A DNA stretch of 64,000 bases from Schizochytrium sp. TIO01 (lineage: Eukaryota; Protista; Bigyra: Labyrinthulomycetes). The notes beneath the pieces are model-generated. The model did not search any database. It saw only the letters and a list, made by a program, of their open reading frames with translations, and had not been told where the DNA came from. The translations under genes were made by a program, and so were the position numbers. The DNA lies in contig SMSO01000036.1 in the NCBI GenBank assembly GCA_004764695.1, forward strand, positions 2,294,001-2,358,000, in the 5' to 3' direction. This document shows positions 24,106-35,523 of this stretch, piece after piece. Within the stretch, counting starts at the first letter, position 1; each line of letters starts with the position of its first letter.

Positions 24106-25964
24106 ACCCATCCAATCTCTTTTGTCGATGTTATTGTTATCTCTAATATCGCTATTATAGTAACAGATTCTTGTTTTTTGTTTGTTTGTTGTTGTATTTT
24201 CTCATCGTTGGTTGACTAAAATTGCCTCTAGACTATCTTCGCACCATTACAACTTTGAATTCATTGTGATGAATGTTAGTGTCATGAAATAAGAAGAGAG
24301 TTCTAGACTCAGTTGAGCAAGTCCAACTATCTAAAGAAGGCTTACGTGATGAATACCTTCATCTCTATTATCTTCTGACATGAGGCTTGCCGCTCTTTGA
24401 AACTGGAAACTGCATTGTAGCCCCGTAGCCTGGAGTTTTTATTCAGACTATATCTTCTTTAAAAAAATAAAAAATAGCACTACTGGTATGCATACTTTAT
24501 TAGCACTGAAAACTTGCTTTTGCTTAAGCTAGTCAGATTATTCACTTCATTCGTAATCTGTATATTTTTATTACTTGGATTTAAATTTTAATTAAAATCA
24601 ATATTGTTATTTATGAACGAGTTAATTCAGAAAAGCCTTTTACAACTCGGATTGAAAGTACCTTATCGGCTTGGCAGTAGACTGAACATTATATTGCCTT
24701 CAAGTGCTCAACCACCTGAAAGAATTCAGATGTCTTCCGGCAACCACGATTTACAATATTCTCCCTGATATTTCTTGAATGGAGACAATAATTATTTGAT
24801 GAACATTAAAAGGACTATTACCACCACCAACACATTTATTCTTACTGATAATCAAAATCGAAATCACACAATGGAACTGCCCGGACACCTGAGGGAATGT
24901 AAGTTTTGGGCTTCGCTTTATAAATTTAGTTGTAGGCAGCGGTATTCACTATTTATGGACGATTAAACTGATTTTTTATTCAGAGTCTGAAATCAAGCCA
25001 GCTTGTATTGGCACTAACAACTGATTAATCATTGCAAATCTCATTGCCAGTCATAGGCGTCTGCAAAATTTGAGCACAACATGAGGATAGGATCACTCCA
25101 AATGCCTCTATTATCTAGTTAAAGAGCTATATTGCTCTTTTCTGAGAGCCATTTTATCGCACATGAAAATGCACAAAGTCCATCAACGCATGCACACTTT
25201 AAAATATTTAAAAACTCAAAACTTATTCTTAATAAAATGTTTTGAAAAAAGATGAAAAAAAAAAAGAAAGAGAAAGAGGCAGACACAAGTTTGCGCGTTT
25301 CTTCTTCTTTATTTAATTACATATATATATATTTACACAACTCCGCATCTTTCCCAATACAAATAAATCACTGGCCAACAATAGATGAAGACTGTAGTAT
25401 CATTGTCACGGGATTCTAAACGACCACACCTAAGTTGGAGTGTTCAATACGACGAGGCTAGGCATCTGCTATCCTAGCAACAGAATATGGATTCCTATTC
25501 AAAATAGCCTAGGTGAGAATGGAACTCCAGTCAGTAGTTGTATAAGTATTCAGAAGTGAAGATTGGTGTCCCTACAAAATGTGCAAAAAAAAGCCCGATT
25601 CTTCCTGATCATGACTGACCAGTCCTAAAATATTTATTATTATTTTTTTAATTAAAAAAAAAGGCAACCATTTATTTTTAATTAAACACGCCATAAGAAA
25701 CATTCTCCAAATCCGCAACATAGTGAACTTAGTATTACTTTTTAAGTTGAATTTTTTAATAAACGCTATATTCATATTTATTTTTTTAATTAAATATCTA
25801 TTTCCAGTGTTTCGATAAACTGCAACATAGAAGTTTGGTATTACAAACCTGAATTATCTGAAAAGAGAAGCAATAATCAGACAGTAAAACCGAAATAAGG
25901 AGAATTGGGATTCATGACTTGTACTTCAATAGGTTAGAGATCATCTTTCTTAAGCCTTGGAACC

Positions 25965-27989
25965 ATGTTTTCTCTCTTCCTGTTGCTTTTACAATGGTTC
26001 TCACTTGCAACAGCCAGCAGCACCAGCACACGATGTGTTGAGGGGTTTTACTTTAATGAAGGCGTCTGCATTGGTGCAGTCTCAACTACAAAGAGTCGCT
26101 ACAAATGGCAATTCTATCCTTCTGATAAAATGCATACTACTTACTGCGAACGCAAATTCCCCAACACATCAGTTCAACCTGCTATACTCACAAATAAGGC
26201 AGAGGTCAAAGCCATGACACTTGCCCTAAAAGCCTCAAAAGCAGCGTCGGCATTTACTGGATGGCAACCCATTGATTACACTATTGGTCCAGTAAAAAAT
26301 GTCATCAATCCAACCACCAAAGAGACAAAAACAGCAAATCAACTCAAGGGTATGCTTGGTCCTGTTGATTTTGGCCCCAAGTGCGAAAGATCTCATTACT
26401 ATGATTGGGCGAAGCCATGGGGTGGTGGTGCACCATATGGAGATCATTACAACGGTGATTACACGACAGACTTCAGTATCTACACGGAGGAGGGTTATTC
26501 CACAGTTCGCCCTTACGAGTCATCTGAACGACCTGAAGGCTATTCAGGCTATTCTCGTGACTACGACTACTCCGTGTATCGAAATTGTCAATCAAACAAC
26601 AATTTACTAATCATGGCAGATGGAACCATCACTGCAAAAGCTGACATTAAAGGCCCAAGCCTCAGGCGGCGTATTTTGAAACGACGAATCCCATTCTGCA
26701 AATACCCAGTACCTGAACGTGAAACGACCGCCCTATGCCCTAACCTCATGGCTCCACATGGCTATTGTAGATTCGTCAAGCCCACCGACGCAACAAATAC
26801 TGACTACCATGGCGACTTTGTCAAATACGACGATGTATCTGAGCTTGAGTGCTTCAACAATTGTCTTCAAGATGCATACTGCCGCTCGTATGAGTTTTAC
26901 TCTACCAACGCCGTGCCAGATGGTGCCAAAGGTGTCTGTGAGCTCCATGCCAATAACCCCGTCAAAGTTGATGTGCCTTCCAACAATAAATACCCTGTGA
27001 GACTTTGTGTTGATTTGCGAACTACCTCTACATGCAATCAACATATCGTGGCTTCAGCTACTCCCCAGCCCACGCCAAAGCCAACCCCGCGTCCCACCAA
27101 AGTACCGACCAAAAAACCTACTCCTCAGCCCACGACAGGACGTCCCACCAAACGCCCAACACCACAACCTACGAACAAACCAACACGTGAGCCAACTCCC
27201 AAGCCAACCAAAACGCCAACCAACGAGCCCACACCAAGGCCTACAAAACCTACTCCACAACCAACACAGCCTGTTATCCCACTTAATGTCGATGCATACC
27301 CAGAATGTCCAAACAACTTGATACTTGCGCAATGCTGGTATCCGAGCTGCTCACCGCAGTGCGGACAGAACAAGATCACTACGCGGTGTCCCAAGAATGC
27401 CAACCGCATTTGCATTGACCTTCCTGATCCCAAGTCGTCGTACTCTGAAGAAGAAGAAGCTGCATTTCTTGGCACGTATTGTCGCTGTCCTCAGGGTTGG
27501 ATTCACGACCGTGCATCCCAGAAATGCGTCAAGAAAGCGAAGGAATGTCCTCCTGCCACTCTTGATTGGGCTTCCAAATGTTTGGACCCTGAAGCCAACA
27601 ATATCGTTGAGCTGAGTCAGATTGGAGAGTGGGTCACTCTTGATACGAACAATGGGACAGACAAGCAGTACGAGAATAACGAAGATGCATGCTGGCTGGT
27701 GCGTGCTCCGGAAGGCAAGACTGTAATGTTTAAGATGGTGGGTGGCGCGACACAAGCAAACAAGGATATCCTGGAGGCGTGGGATGTTCTAAGCACAGTG
27801 TCAAGCACGAAAAACTTTTTCTCTAATTTGCGTGGTGGTGAATACGAGACTGTACTTCGCGCGACATATGATGGTAAGGTGAAGAGTCCGAATACACTTG
27901 ACCCGTTGTCACGCGACATGGTGATTCATTTTCATTCTGATGATCTCAAAGTTAGCTCCGGGCTCGATTTTAGAGTTACATACTACTAA
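25965..27989 (+). CDS. Secreted lectin-array protein B4, 674 aa (N-terminally shortened start)
   Basis: Intact from the third ancestral Met ([10 protein letters not shown]). The upstream MSWR-equivalent codons read ATA GGT TAG. Confidence 0.8.
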   Translation: MFSLFLLLLQWFSLATASSTSTRCVEGFYFNEGVCIGAVSTTKSRYKWQFYPSDKMHTTYCERKFPNTSVQPAILTNKAEVKAMTLALKASKAASAFTGWQPIDYTIGPVKNVINPTTKETKTANQLKGMLGPVDFGPKCERSHYYDWAKPWGGGAPYGDHYNGDYTTDFSIYTEEGYSTVRPYESSERPEGYSGYSRDYDYSVYRNCQSNNNLLIMADGTITAKADIKGPSLRRRILKRRIPFCKYPVPERETTALCPNLMAPHGYCRFVKPTDATNTDYHGDFVKYDDVSELECFNNCLQDAYCRSYEFYSTNAVPDGAKGVCELHANNPVKVDVPSNNKYPVRLCVDLRTTSTCNQHIVASATPQPTPKPTPRPTKVPTKKPTPQPTTGRPTKRPTPQPTNKPTREPTPKPTKTPTNEPTPRPTKPTPQPTQPVIPLNVDAYPECPNNLILAQCWYPSCSPQCGQNKITTRCPKNANRICIDLPDPKSSYSEEEEAAFLGTYCRCPQGWIHDRASQKCVKKAKECPPATLDWASKCLDPEANNIVELSQIGEWVTLDTNNGTDKQYENNEDACWLVRAPEGKTVMFKMVGGATQANKDILEAWDVLSTVSSTKNFFSNLRGGEYETVLRATYDGKVKSPNTLDPLSRDMVIHFHSDDLKVSSGLDFRVTYY

Positions 27990-28870
27990 CAATGTTCTAT
28001 CTTTCTTCTTTTCTTTTTTTTTTCTTGGGTTTCTGTCTATGCTTCTGGTTTTTCGTTTTTCAAAGGTTTCTAAACTCACGGTTTCCCTAATTGCCAGGAA
28101 AAGTAAGGTTTGAGTATAATTTTCGGAAATTCAAGATTGTTATTTTAGGCACGTTAATTGTCCACTGGATAACCCAGGAAGCCTTCAAGCTCTTCTAATA
28201 GCATTCATAAAGGTTTACCACAAAGATGCAAAATACACGCGGGATCTCCTAAGCTAGAGGTATAGGCATTTTCTTGAAAGAACCCATGAAGATAGTATTT
28301 ACAATAGAATAGAACTAGACAACCAGAAATACCTGGTTTAAAGACAAGATCCAAAAGTGTGCATAGCCCTTTCCTAGAATCAATTGTGGAGTCTGAACTG
28401 ATGATTAAAGAGACTGACCCCTTCAATTGTGTCTTAAACATTTCAAGTATGTCTTAGTCTTCTAATTACAACATAAAGCAGTATGCTTTGGAATTAGATT
28501 CCAAGGTTAGCGGATCTCTAACTCATAATCCACAGACTATCATGCCTTCTAAAATCCCCTCAGAGCTTCTATCTAGCCTCTTGCCTTCACCTTCATAATC
28601 ACCCTCAATTCATCTTTCAGCTTGCAATGAGCATTCTCATGACTCTGAACTACCAAGTTTGTTGAGCTGTAGAAGCACCGCTAAGCTCCTCATATATGCG
28701 ACTCTTCTCATCAGGGTTAATTTCCCATTGTCTCTCCAGTGGGCACTGTTAGTACTTTTGGTTGGTACATGATGCTGTATAGAGTCTCAAAGGAAAGCCC
28801 CAAAATTCTTTCTTCCTGTTAGATTTTGCAATTAGCAGGTTTGAATTATAATTCCCGCTGGCGCTTCAAA

Positions 28871-29850
28871 ATGGCAGAAATCATCAAGAGCGACCTGTCT
28901 TCCCTTGAACCCGAACAAATTGTGCTATATCTAAGAAAAGTCTCGCCACGAAGTCTGTCCTGAGAAAGGGCAAATCTGCATTATCTATTAGTAAACAGAA
29001 GAACCCGTACGGATAAAGTAGTGCATTCCATTCTGCAATAATAAAAGGCCTTCTCTATAAACTTGCATAAAAATAAATGCATCGCGAAGGACCCTAAGAC
29101 GAATCAAATCCTGAAATTCGAGAATGGTAATCTTAAAATGTTCCGCGATAAGTATGATGAGACGAAAGCACGTACGCATCTGCCTGGGTCTCTGAAGTAC
29201 CACGATCTGTGCGCTATTCATGAATAGATGATTTTCCAAAGCTCTCTATTCTGATCGGACCACAAGTGAGGAGCAAGCCGCCGAAAGGAACTCGGCATCC
29301 GCTCTTCTCGTGCAGAACGTGATAACCTAGATTTTCGAGGTTGGGTCACGCAATTGAAACAGAAGGAATGGGAAAGCTGCATTCCTTCTCCTGATGGTTT
29401 GGCCTCATCAGGAGAAGTTTATCGACCAAGTAACCGATGCTGTGTGAGTGTGTGCAAATGAATCGCCGGGGTCATGTTTAGTTCTGCTATAAGGTCCACT
29501 GAGAAGATAAGCATCCGACGCGCACCATTGCACCCTTGCCTTGGTCCGACAGTACGGCCATTTCAGACCGTGTAGAACTCTGATGGCCGAGCCGTTAAGT
29601 GGGACACAGGGATGACACAAAAACCATACTATACTTTCTCTGTCGTCGCGCCGACTAAATCCAAAAAATCTGTCTCAAAAAACAGGCGAAACTGCCTTAA
29701 GACGTACATTCCTCCGCACGGCCTCAAAATCAAGAACAAGACTACCGAGATTCTCGCAAGCTTGCACTTTGGCTCTGTGAAAATACCATGTTATCCTTTT
29801 GCCTAAATTTGCAGCGTCCCAGATGGTCACCAAATTAACAAGACGGTTCA
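28871..29850 (+). pseudogene. Possible decayed coding sequence of unknown origin
   Basis: Protein-like frame MAEIIKSDLSSLEPEQIVLYLRK...KDPKTNQILKFENGNLKMFRDKYDETK, broken by stops and frameshifts. No family recognised. Confidence 0.2.
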
Positions 29851-30471
29851 AAAGCAAGGCAGTTCGGATGGTGTGTCATTGAAGCCATTTTAAGAGCTCA
29901 GCCACAAGACTGAGCTTCGCCTCCTGGTGTAAACTTGTTATTCGTCAACATGATTACACTTCAAAAACATGCAATGAACGTGGTACCATCCACGATAAGT
30001 TCAAGGTTTTACAATGCTTCAAATCCGAACATGTAGCCGATGGTGATATCCACGCCACCAGAGGCATTCTTTTGCGCTGCCCATTGAGGTCATGATTTAT
30101 AAATTGTCTTTGAGTCGCGCGTTAGTTTTTTGACCCGCGATTGGGCCTCGGCCCCACGTTGCCACCGTAGGAAATGCAAAGTTTTGCGTGTATGTTAGTA
30201 TGAAAAATAAACCATTTAGTGCTTTCTTTTTTCTCAGTGAGAGAGGGACTCAGGTCTATGTATTACCATAGGACAGATGAGTAAAGAGGCCTAAAAAGGT
30301 AGATTGATATTGTGAACACTATTGTATACTCTTGGAGGACCACAACTCTTCACTCGCTCTGGGGCCAAGCAAAAGTTAGGCGAAAAAAGCCACGCCAAAG
30401 TAAACGCGGCAAAAGCTTCGAGGCCAGACCCCGAGCGGTAGAAAGCACGCGAGTACATATCAAAGATCAGA

Positions 30472-31434
30472 ATGGCCCGCGGGACGCCTGTATCCGCTGC
30501 GAAGTCTTCGAAGAAGCGTAAGACGCCCGCCAAGAGCTCTGGTGCGGCTGATGATGAAGAACTGGTGGATGTGAAGAAGGCCAAAACCCCCGTGAGCAAG
30601 AAATCCGCCACGGCCAAGAAAACCCCTGTTAAGAAAAAGGTTGTGGATCCGCTCGACGCCCTTCTTGCGAAACATGATTTTCTGGAACGCGTCTCCACAG
30701 AGTTTGGTGACAAAATTAAGTGCAATGTGACTGACCACGAAATGCCGCTCAAGGCGGAGGTGGTGGAGAAGCACCTCGAATCCAAGAGGTTCAAGCAGGC
30801 CCGCGAGAACTGGTGGTCCGAAGATCTCGCAGAGAAGTACGCCCCAGAAATTGTCCAGCACAAGCACAACGAGAAGAAGCTCTACTGTACCATTACAGAA
30901 CAGTCCCTCAACAAGATCCCTGCTGAGGTCGAGGCGCACGTGAACGGCAAGCGCTTCAAAAACCTGAAGAAGGTCAAGGAGGCCAAGGAGGCCAAGGCAG
31001 CAGCAGTGGAGGCAAAACGCAAGGAGAAGATCGCCAAGCGTATTGCTGCTCGCAAGGCAGCAGCAGCAGCCAAGGCTGGGACTACAGAGGAGAGTGCAGA
31101 GGAAGAGCAGAAGCCTAAAGCCCACGCCGTCGATGACTTCTTGGACCAATTGGAAGACTCCGATGAGGAGATGGACCTCGATGAGTCCGAGGAAGAAGAT
31201 GCTGAGGAAGACGAGGAGGATGATGAGGAGGAAGAGGAACCCACTCCACCTCCAAAGAAGAAGCGTCAAGCTACTTCAAAGAACGCTAGCGACAACAAGA
31301 CTAAGAAGAGCAACGCCAAACCTGCAGCCACCCCCAGCAAGAAGAAGCAGGCTACCAAGGAGACCAAACCCCAGTCCGCGAAGAAGACAACACCCAAAGG
31401 TAGCGCTAAGAAGAAGATTAATAAGAAGAAGTAA
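30472..31434 (+). CDS. SURF2: Surfeit locus protein 2-like, 320 aa
   Basis: Twin motifs KIKCNVTDHEMP...HLESKRF and KLYCTITEQSLNKIPAEVEAHVNGKRF; acidic tract and Lys-rich tails; strong GC3 codon bias. Confidence 0.85.
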   Translation: MARGTPVSAAKSSKKRKTPAKSSGAADDEELVDVKKAKTPVSKKSATAKKTPVKKKVVDPLDALLAKHDFLERVSTEFGDKIKCNVTDHEMPLKAEVVEKHLESKRFKQARENWWSEDLAEKYAPEIVQHKHNEKKLYCTITEQSLNKIPAEVEAHVNGKRFKNLKKVKEAKEAKAAAVEAKRKEKIAKRIAARKAAAAAKAGTTEESAEEEQKPKAHAVDDFLDQLEDSDEEMDLDESEEEDAEEDEEDDEEEEEPTPPPKKKRQATSKNASDNKTKKSNAKPAATPSKKKQATKETKPQSAKKTTPKGSAKKKINKKK

Positions 31435-33054
31435 AGACCAAACGTATATTTCCCTTTGCCTTGTGTAATTGCTGGTTCAAAGCTGTATTTGTATATATCT
31501 TGTCCAATTCACTATACACGCTACAGCTGCATGGATTTTTCGATATGACATGGTGCAAATTTCGTGCTGACAGGCTGAGAAATTAGATGATTAATTCAAT
31601 CAGCTCAGTTGCCTCTTCTAATTTATGCAGGAACACTGCTCAATACGTCATTCTTTTCTTTCGAATGACTTGATTGATTCTACTTGGCCAATCATTAATT
31701 TTTAGCAACTCAATATGTAAGACTGCTTTGAAGCAAGGACGTTTCAATAAATGGCCAACACGTGTAAAAACTATAATACTCAGCGCTGCATCAATTTGTC
31801 ATTGCCATAACTCCTGTGTGCCCTCTTTCTCTTTTAATAACTTAGTACGAAGGTGGGTAGTGCTTATAATGTTAAGTAGTTGTTATAAAATGCTCTCGTG
31901 TGTTAATTAACACGCCAACAATTCTCGCATTAACTTACTTTTTTCCTTCAACTGTCTAAGTATGCCCGCGCTTAACATTCAGTGAACAGGACTGATGTGT
32001 ATGGTTTTCGTTTCTTGCACTTCATGTCTATCTATCTATCTATCTATCTGTATATATATAGAAAGAGAAAGAGAAAGAGAGAAAGAAAGGTTTTCGCGAG
32101 TCGATATCTCGCTATTGAGAGTCACAGTTTGCTTGGCTAACCAGTTTTGTCTTCTGAAAACTAGCATTGGAGGGTACAAGTTCGATTAAGCCTTGCCATC
32201 TATGATGCTATCATTGTCACAGTAAAAGAATAGAAAATCACAACGCTGTAGCAAACACAATTGGGGTTTCATAGGCTCAAAGTATTTCACCTCTCCGCAG
32301 CTTTTGATATTTTTGTTTTCATTAATAAAAACTCACATGCTGTTTTTCTACTAAATAGCTCTTAATGTTTGGATGTTCCCTTCTGGACCCCCCAGAGGGA
32401 GGGGCGATTGCATAGTATAAAAGTCAGGATGCTGAGAGGTATCTATTGATCTGACGGGATGCAGAAAATACAGTTCCTTAAGAGAACTTTTAATAAAAAC
32501 CACTACGGAGGGACTATTCCTTGGTCGGAAAAGCGCGTCTCTGGTATGAGGTAGTCCTGTTTGCTTTCAATCTACACTATTAATCCGATATGCTGAACGT
32601 GGCAAACTCTATTCTTCTCGTCTTTCTCAACGGGGGCTTTCAGTCCCAATTGGAGCTGAAAGCCCCCAAAATCTCTCACTACTACGTCCCAGCTCAGCAT
32701 TCATATCAACCAGCAACTGTTAACATGGTCCTTTCCTCAAGTTTGGCCATCGATGAATCCGTTAAGATAGAGGTTTTTTAATTAAAATTTCCTCTTATTT
32801 TCTTCACTTCATATACAACTTGAAGGCGATTCTTGAAAGACAAAATATTCTAACCCTCATATGATAAAATCAATGAGATCAAGCAATTTAAAAAAGTAGA
32901 AGGAGAAATGATAAACCAGAATAAAGTCAATTAAGGAACCAGTCCTAAGTCAGTCAAGAGGAGACCCAAAAGTAAATCCAGCGAATACCAAAACCAATCC
33001 CCGAAGCAATTCCAAAACGCAGCTTTCGGTGATAACGCTGTGTTTAAGTCTATA

Positions 33055-34506
33055 ATGTCGGCTATCAAGACAACAATGCGCTTGTTATGGCTGCAGGTTC
33101 TTCTCTGTATGTCTCATCTTCATGGCGCAAAAGCAAGCCCGCAAAATTACTGTGTTGATAATTATTACTTCAACGATGGCTATTGTGTTGGACCTGCAAG
33201 CATGGAACTTATCTCTTTCAAGAGTCAGTTCTACCCATTGAGGCGAAAAGGAGCTCTGCATAATTCTACATTTTGCACACGCGCATACCCTCGTTCATCT
33301 GTAATTGAACCTGCTGTTGTTAGAAACAAAGCACAAGTGGAGGCTTTGAGACTTGCTTTGCGTGGTGAAAAGATTCGCATGGCCTATGTTGGATGGAAAC
33401 CATTTAACTACACTCTCGGACCTGTCACCAATGTAATTGATCTCACAACCAAGACAGAAGTAAGTATTCCAGAGCTGCGGAAAATGATTGGTAGTGTGTT
33501 TGCAGGACGCAAATGTGAATCTGGAGACAAAGAATATACCTCAACAAGCTACGACACTGAATCCTACTCCTCCAGCTCAAATGGATATACCTCTAGCTAT
33601 ACCAGCTCAAATGAATATACCTCTAGCTATACCAGCTCTAAAGACGACGATGAATACACCAGCTCTAAAGACGACGACGAATACACTAGCTCTAAAGATG
33701 GTGATTATACATCTAGTTCCATTGATGATGATAGTATTACCGACATGAATACACCTGCTGATCTCGGATATTCGTCTGAGACAATCGACTATTCTACGGA
33801 GTATTCCTCGTACACCACGACAGGCATGAATGTGTCACACCCAGACTATGATCCAAGTGACGACTATAACACTGAGTATTCATCCGGTACTTTTCTTTAC
33901 TCGCTTTATGCTTCAGAGGACAATGCATGTTTTTACAATTGGCCGCTCATTATGAAACGCTCTGGAATGGTCTCTGTGCTAGACCTTGCCCGAGTCAAGC
34001 GCGAATTTACGAAGTCGCAGGAGCTCGTTCCATTTTGCATGTACGAAATTGAAGAGCGCCCAGAGTCTACCGAGTGCGCCAACCTTGTCACTATGGACGG
34101 TGTATGCCAATATGCCAACCCCACAGACGACGCGATAATTGGCGATGGTCAGTTCCAAGTGATGGATAGTGTGGTTGAGTTTAGCTGCTTCCAGGCTTGC
34201 CGTGATGATAGCTTTTGTCTATCGTACCAATTTACTACAGAAATTGGGCAAGTTCTTGGTACGTGTAGGATGTATGCTGCTCATCCAGTGCGCACTGTGG
34301 AAAGCGAAAGTTCTAATGAAACAAACGTGTGCGTTGATTTACGTAATTCTTCCACAGAATCCTGCAATGATTACATGCCTAGTCTCCCAGAACTACCCGC
34401 CGAAACGCACAATACTGCTCCCTCAGATAATATTGTCCTGAAAACAAGTATGACTCCAACTGCTGCTCCAACTTCCCTCCCCACTCCGTTGCTTCGCAGG
34501 GTTTGA
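33055..34506 (+). CDS. Truncated lectin-array paralog C (SP - CTL-like with expanded S/T/Y/D loop - PAN; no TIL/CUB)
   Basis: First ATG is 33055 (track start 33040 is GTG). Shares YCVDNYYFNDGYCVG, PAVVRNKAQV, VGWKPFNYTLGPV, CFYNWPLIM, PFCMY and CVDLR with A/B. Stops at the start of the PT stalk. Confidence 0.8.
   Translation: MSAIKTTMRLLWLQVLLCMSHLHGAKASPQNYCVDNYYFNDGYCVGPASMELISFKSQFYPLRRKGALHNSTFCTRAYPRSSVIEPAVVRNKAQVEALRLALRGEKIRMAYVGWKPFNYTLGPVTNVIDLTTKTEVSIPELRKMIGSVFAGRKCESGDKEYTSTSYDTESYSSSSNGYTSSYTSSNEYTSSYTSSKDDDEYTSSKDDDEYTSSKDGDYTSSSIDDDSITDMNTPADLGYSSETIDYSTEYSSYTTTGMNVSHPDYDPSDDYNTEYSSGTFLYSLYASEDNACFYNWPLIMKRSGMVSVLDLARVKREFTKSQELVPFCMYEIEERPESTECANLVTMDGVCQYANPTDDAIIGDGQFQVMDSVVEFSCFQACRDDSFCLSYQFTTEIGQVLGTCRMYAAHPVRTVESESSNETNVCVDLRNSSTESCNDYMPSLPELPAETHNTAPSDNIVLKTSMTPTAAPTSLPTPLLRRV
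33572..33718 (+). repeat. Coding minisatellites (30-nt x2, 27-nt x~2.5) encoding YTSSYTSS / YTSSKDDDE in paralog C
   Basis: Direct reading. Confidence 0.9.
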
Positions 34507-35523
34507 AAATAGAAAATAGGAAATATAATGTATTGCATGCGAATTGAAAAGAATCTTTCACTTTGTGCATTTTGGCCGAAAAGTTGCAATTAAAATATTA
34601 CATAAACTCGTCATCAGCTCTCCCAAGAGCCAAGGCTATTTTGATATCATCTTTTACACGTGTTCTATAGCCTCGACTCAATTTTAGAAAATGGAACAGA
34701 GCATCGCCGAAGCACATAGCATGCATTAACCTTTGTTAATAACATTAAAGTTGATTGGGGCTTTCCGCATGCTATCAACATGAGTGTAAGGATGAAAATG
34801 TTGACGCTTCATTTCACAAATTGAATGCGCTTATAGCATTTTGGAGTAGACACTCTCAAGGTCTTGAATTCATGACTGATGGTAGTGAAACATCCGAGAA
34901 GATGCTTTCTATTCCTGTTCTCGGGCGCACAAACTTTAATTTTACGTTTGCCTTGCAGCTGTCTGAAGCTTTATCTGCATGGCACAGACTAGGCATCGAG
35001 CTAATGACTTGGCTTTGTTCAAACCAGTACACAATGCTCTGGCATTTCTCGAGCGTATGCTAGATTGTGCCTTTTTACCCATAGTTTTTGTTATTATTAA
35101 CAATTAAAATTTTTCACAGATCAAACGCGTAAAGCACTTTTTACTCACATATGATCAATGTTTGGCGTTCTGTAGCGTTTGCTCCTCATCGCTGTTCTAA
35201 AGATAGAATTCAATATCCAATTTTGGCAGCACGTAGGTTCTCTCATAAAGTACGAACGAACAATCATTTGATAGACAGAATAGGATGTTTTTTGTTGATC
35301 CTTTTAATTTAATTAAAGATTGAACCAATTAAAGATTACAAAATGGTACTCCTAGCAGTATTATCAATGCTACTACTACTACTACCACTACGAGTTGTTT
35401 ATAAAATGAAGTTGTGAAACGGTCAAGAGCGATAACCACTTTTCATCATCGCGTGAACGGCGATGCTCCAGACTGCGATAGTAGGTACGCTAGCTCTGAA
35501 GAGCAGTGAGTACTATTGCTGCG

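Larger units (their letters stand above)
17013..27989 (+). repeat. ~4.83-4.85-kb tandem segmental duplication spanning B2-B3-B4
   Basis: Spacer 18319..~20585 is near-identical to 23164..~25426. Constant coding blocks 17013-18318, 21858-23163 and 26684-27989 match each other; an inverted copy lies at 11244-12552. Confidence 0.9.

Noticed and set aside
11314-27919. Short overlapping ORFs 'conserved' in all four B genes
   Set aside because: They recur only because the underlying DNA is near-identical; no independent coding evidence.
11244-27989. Diversity-generating retroelement (C-type lectin fold with variable region)
   Set aside because: No reverse transcriptase or non-coding template repeat seen in the window. 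Variation includes indels and block swaps rather than adenine-specific substitutions.
30291-31468. Long antisense and alternate-frame ORFs over SURF2 (e.g. 30460..31269 minus)
   Set aside because: Shadow ORFs caused by biased codon usage of the real gene.
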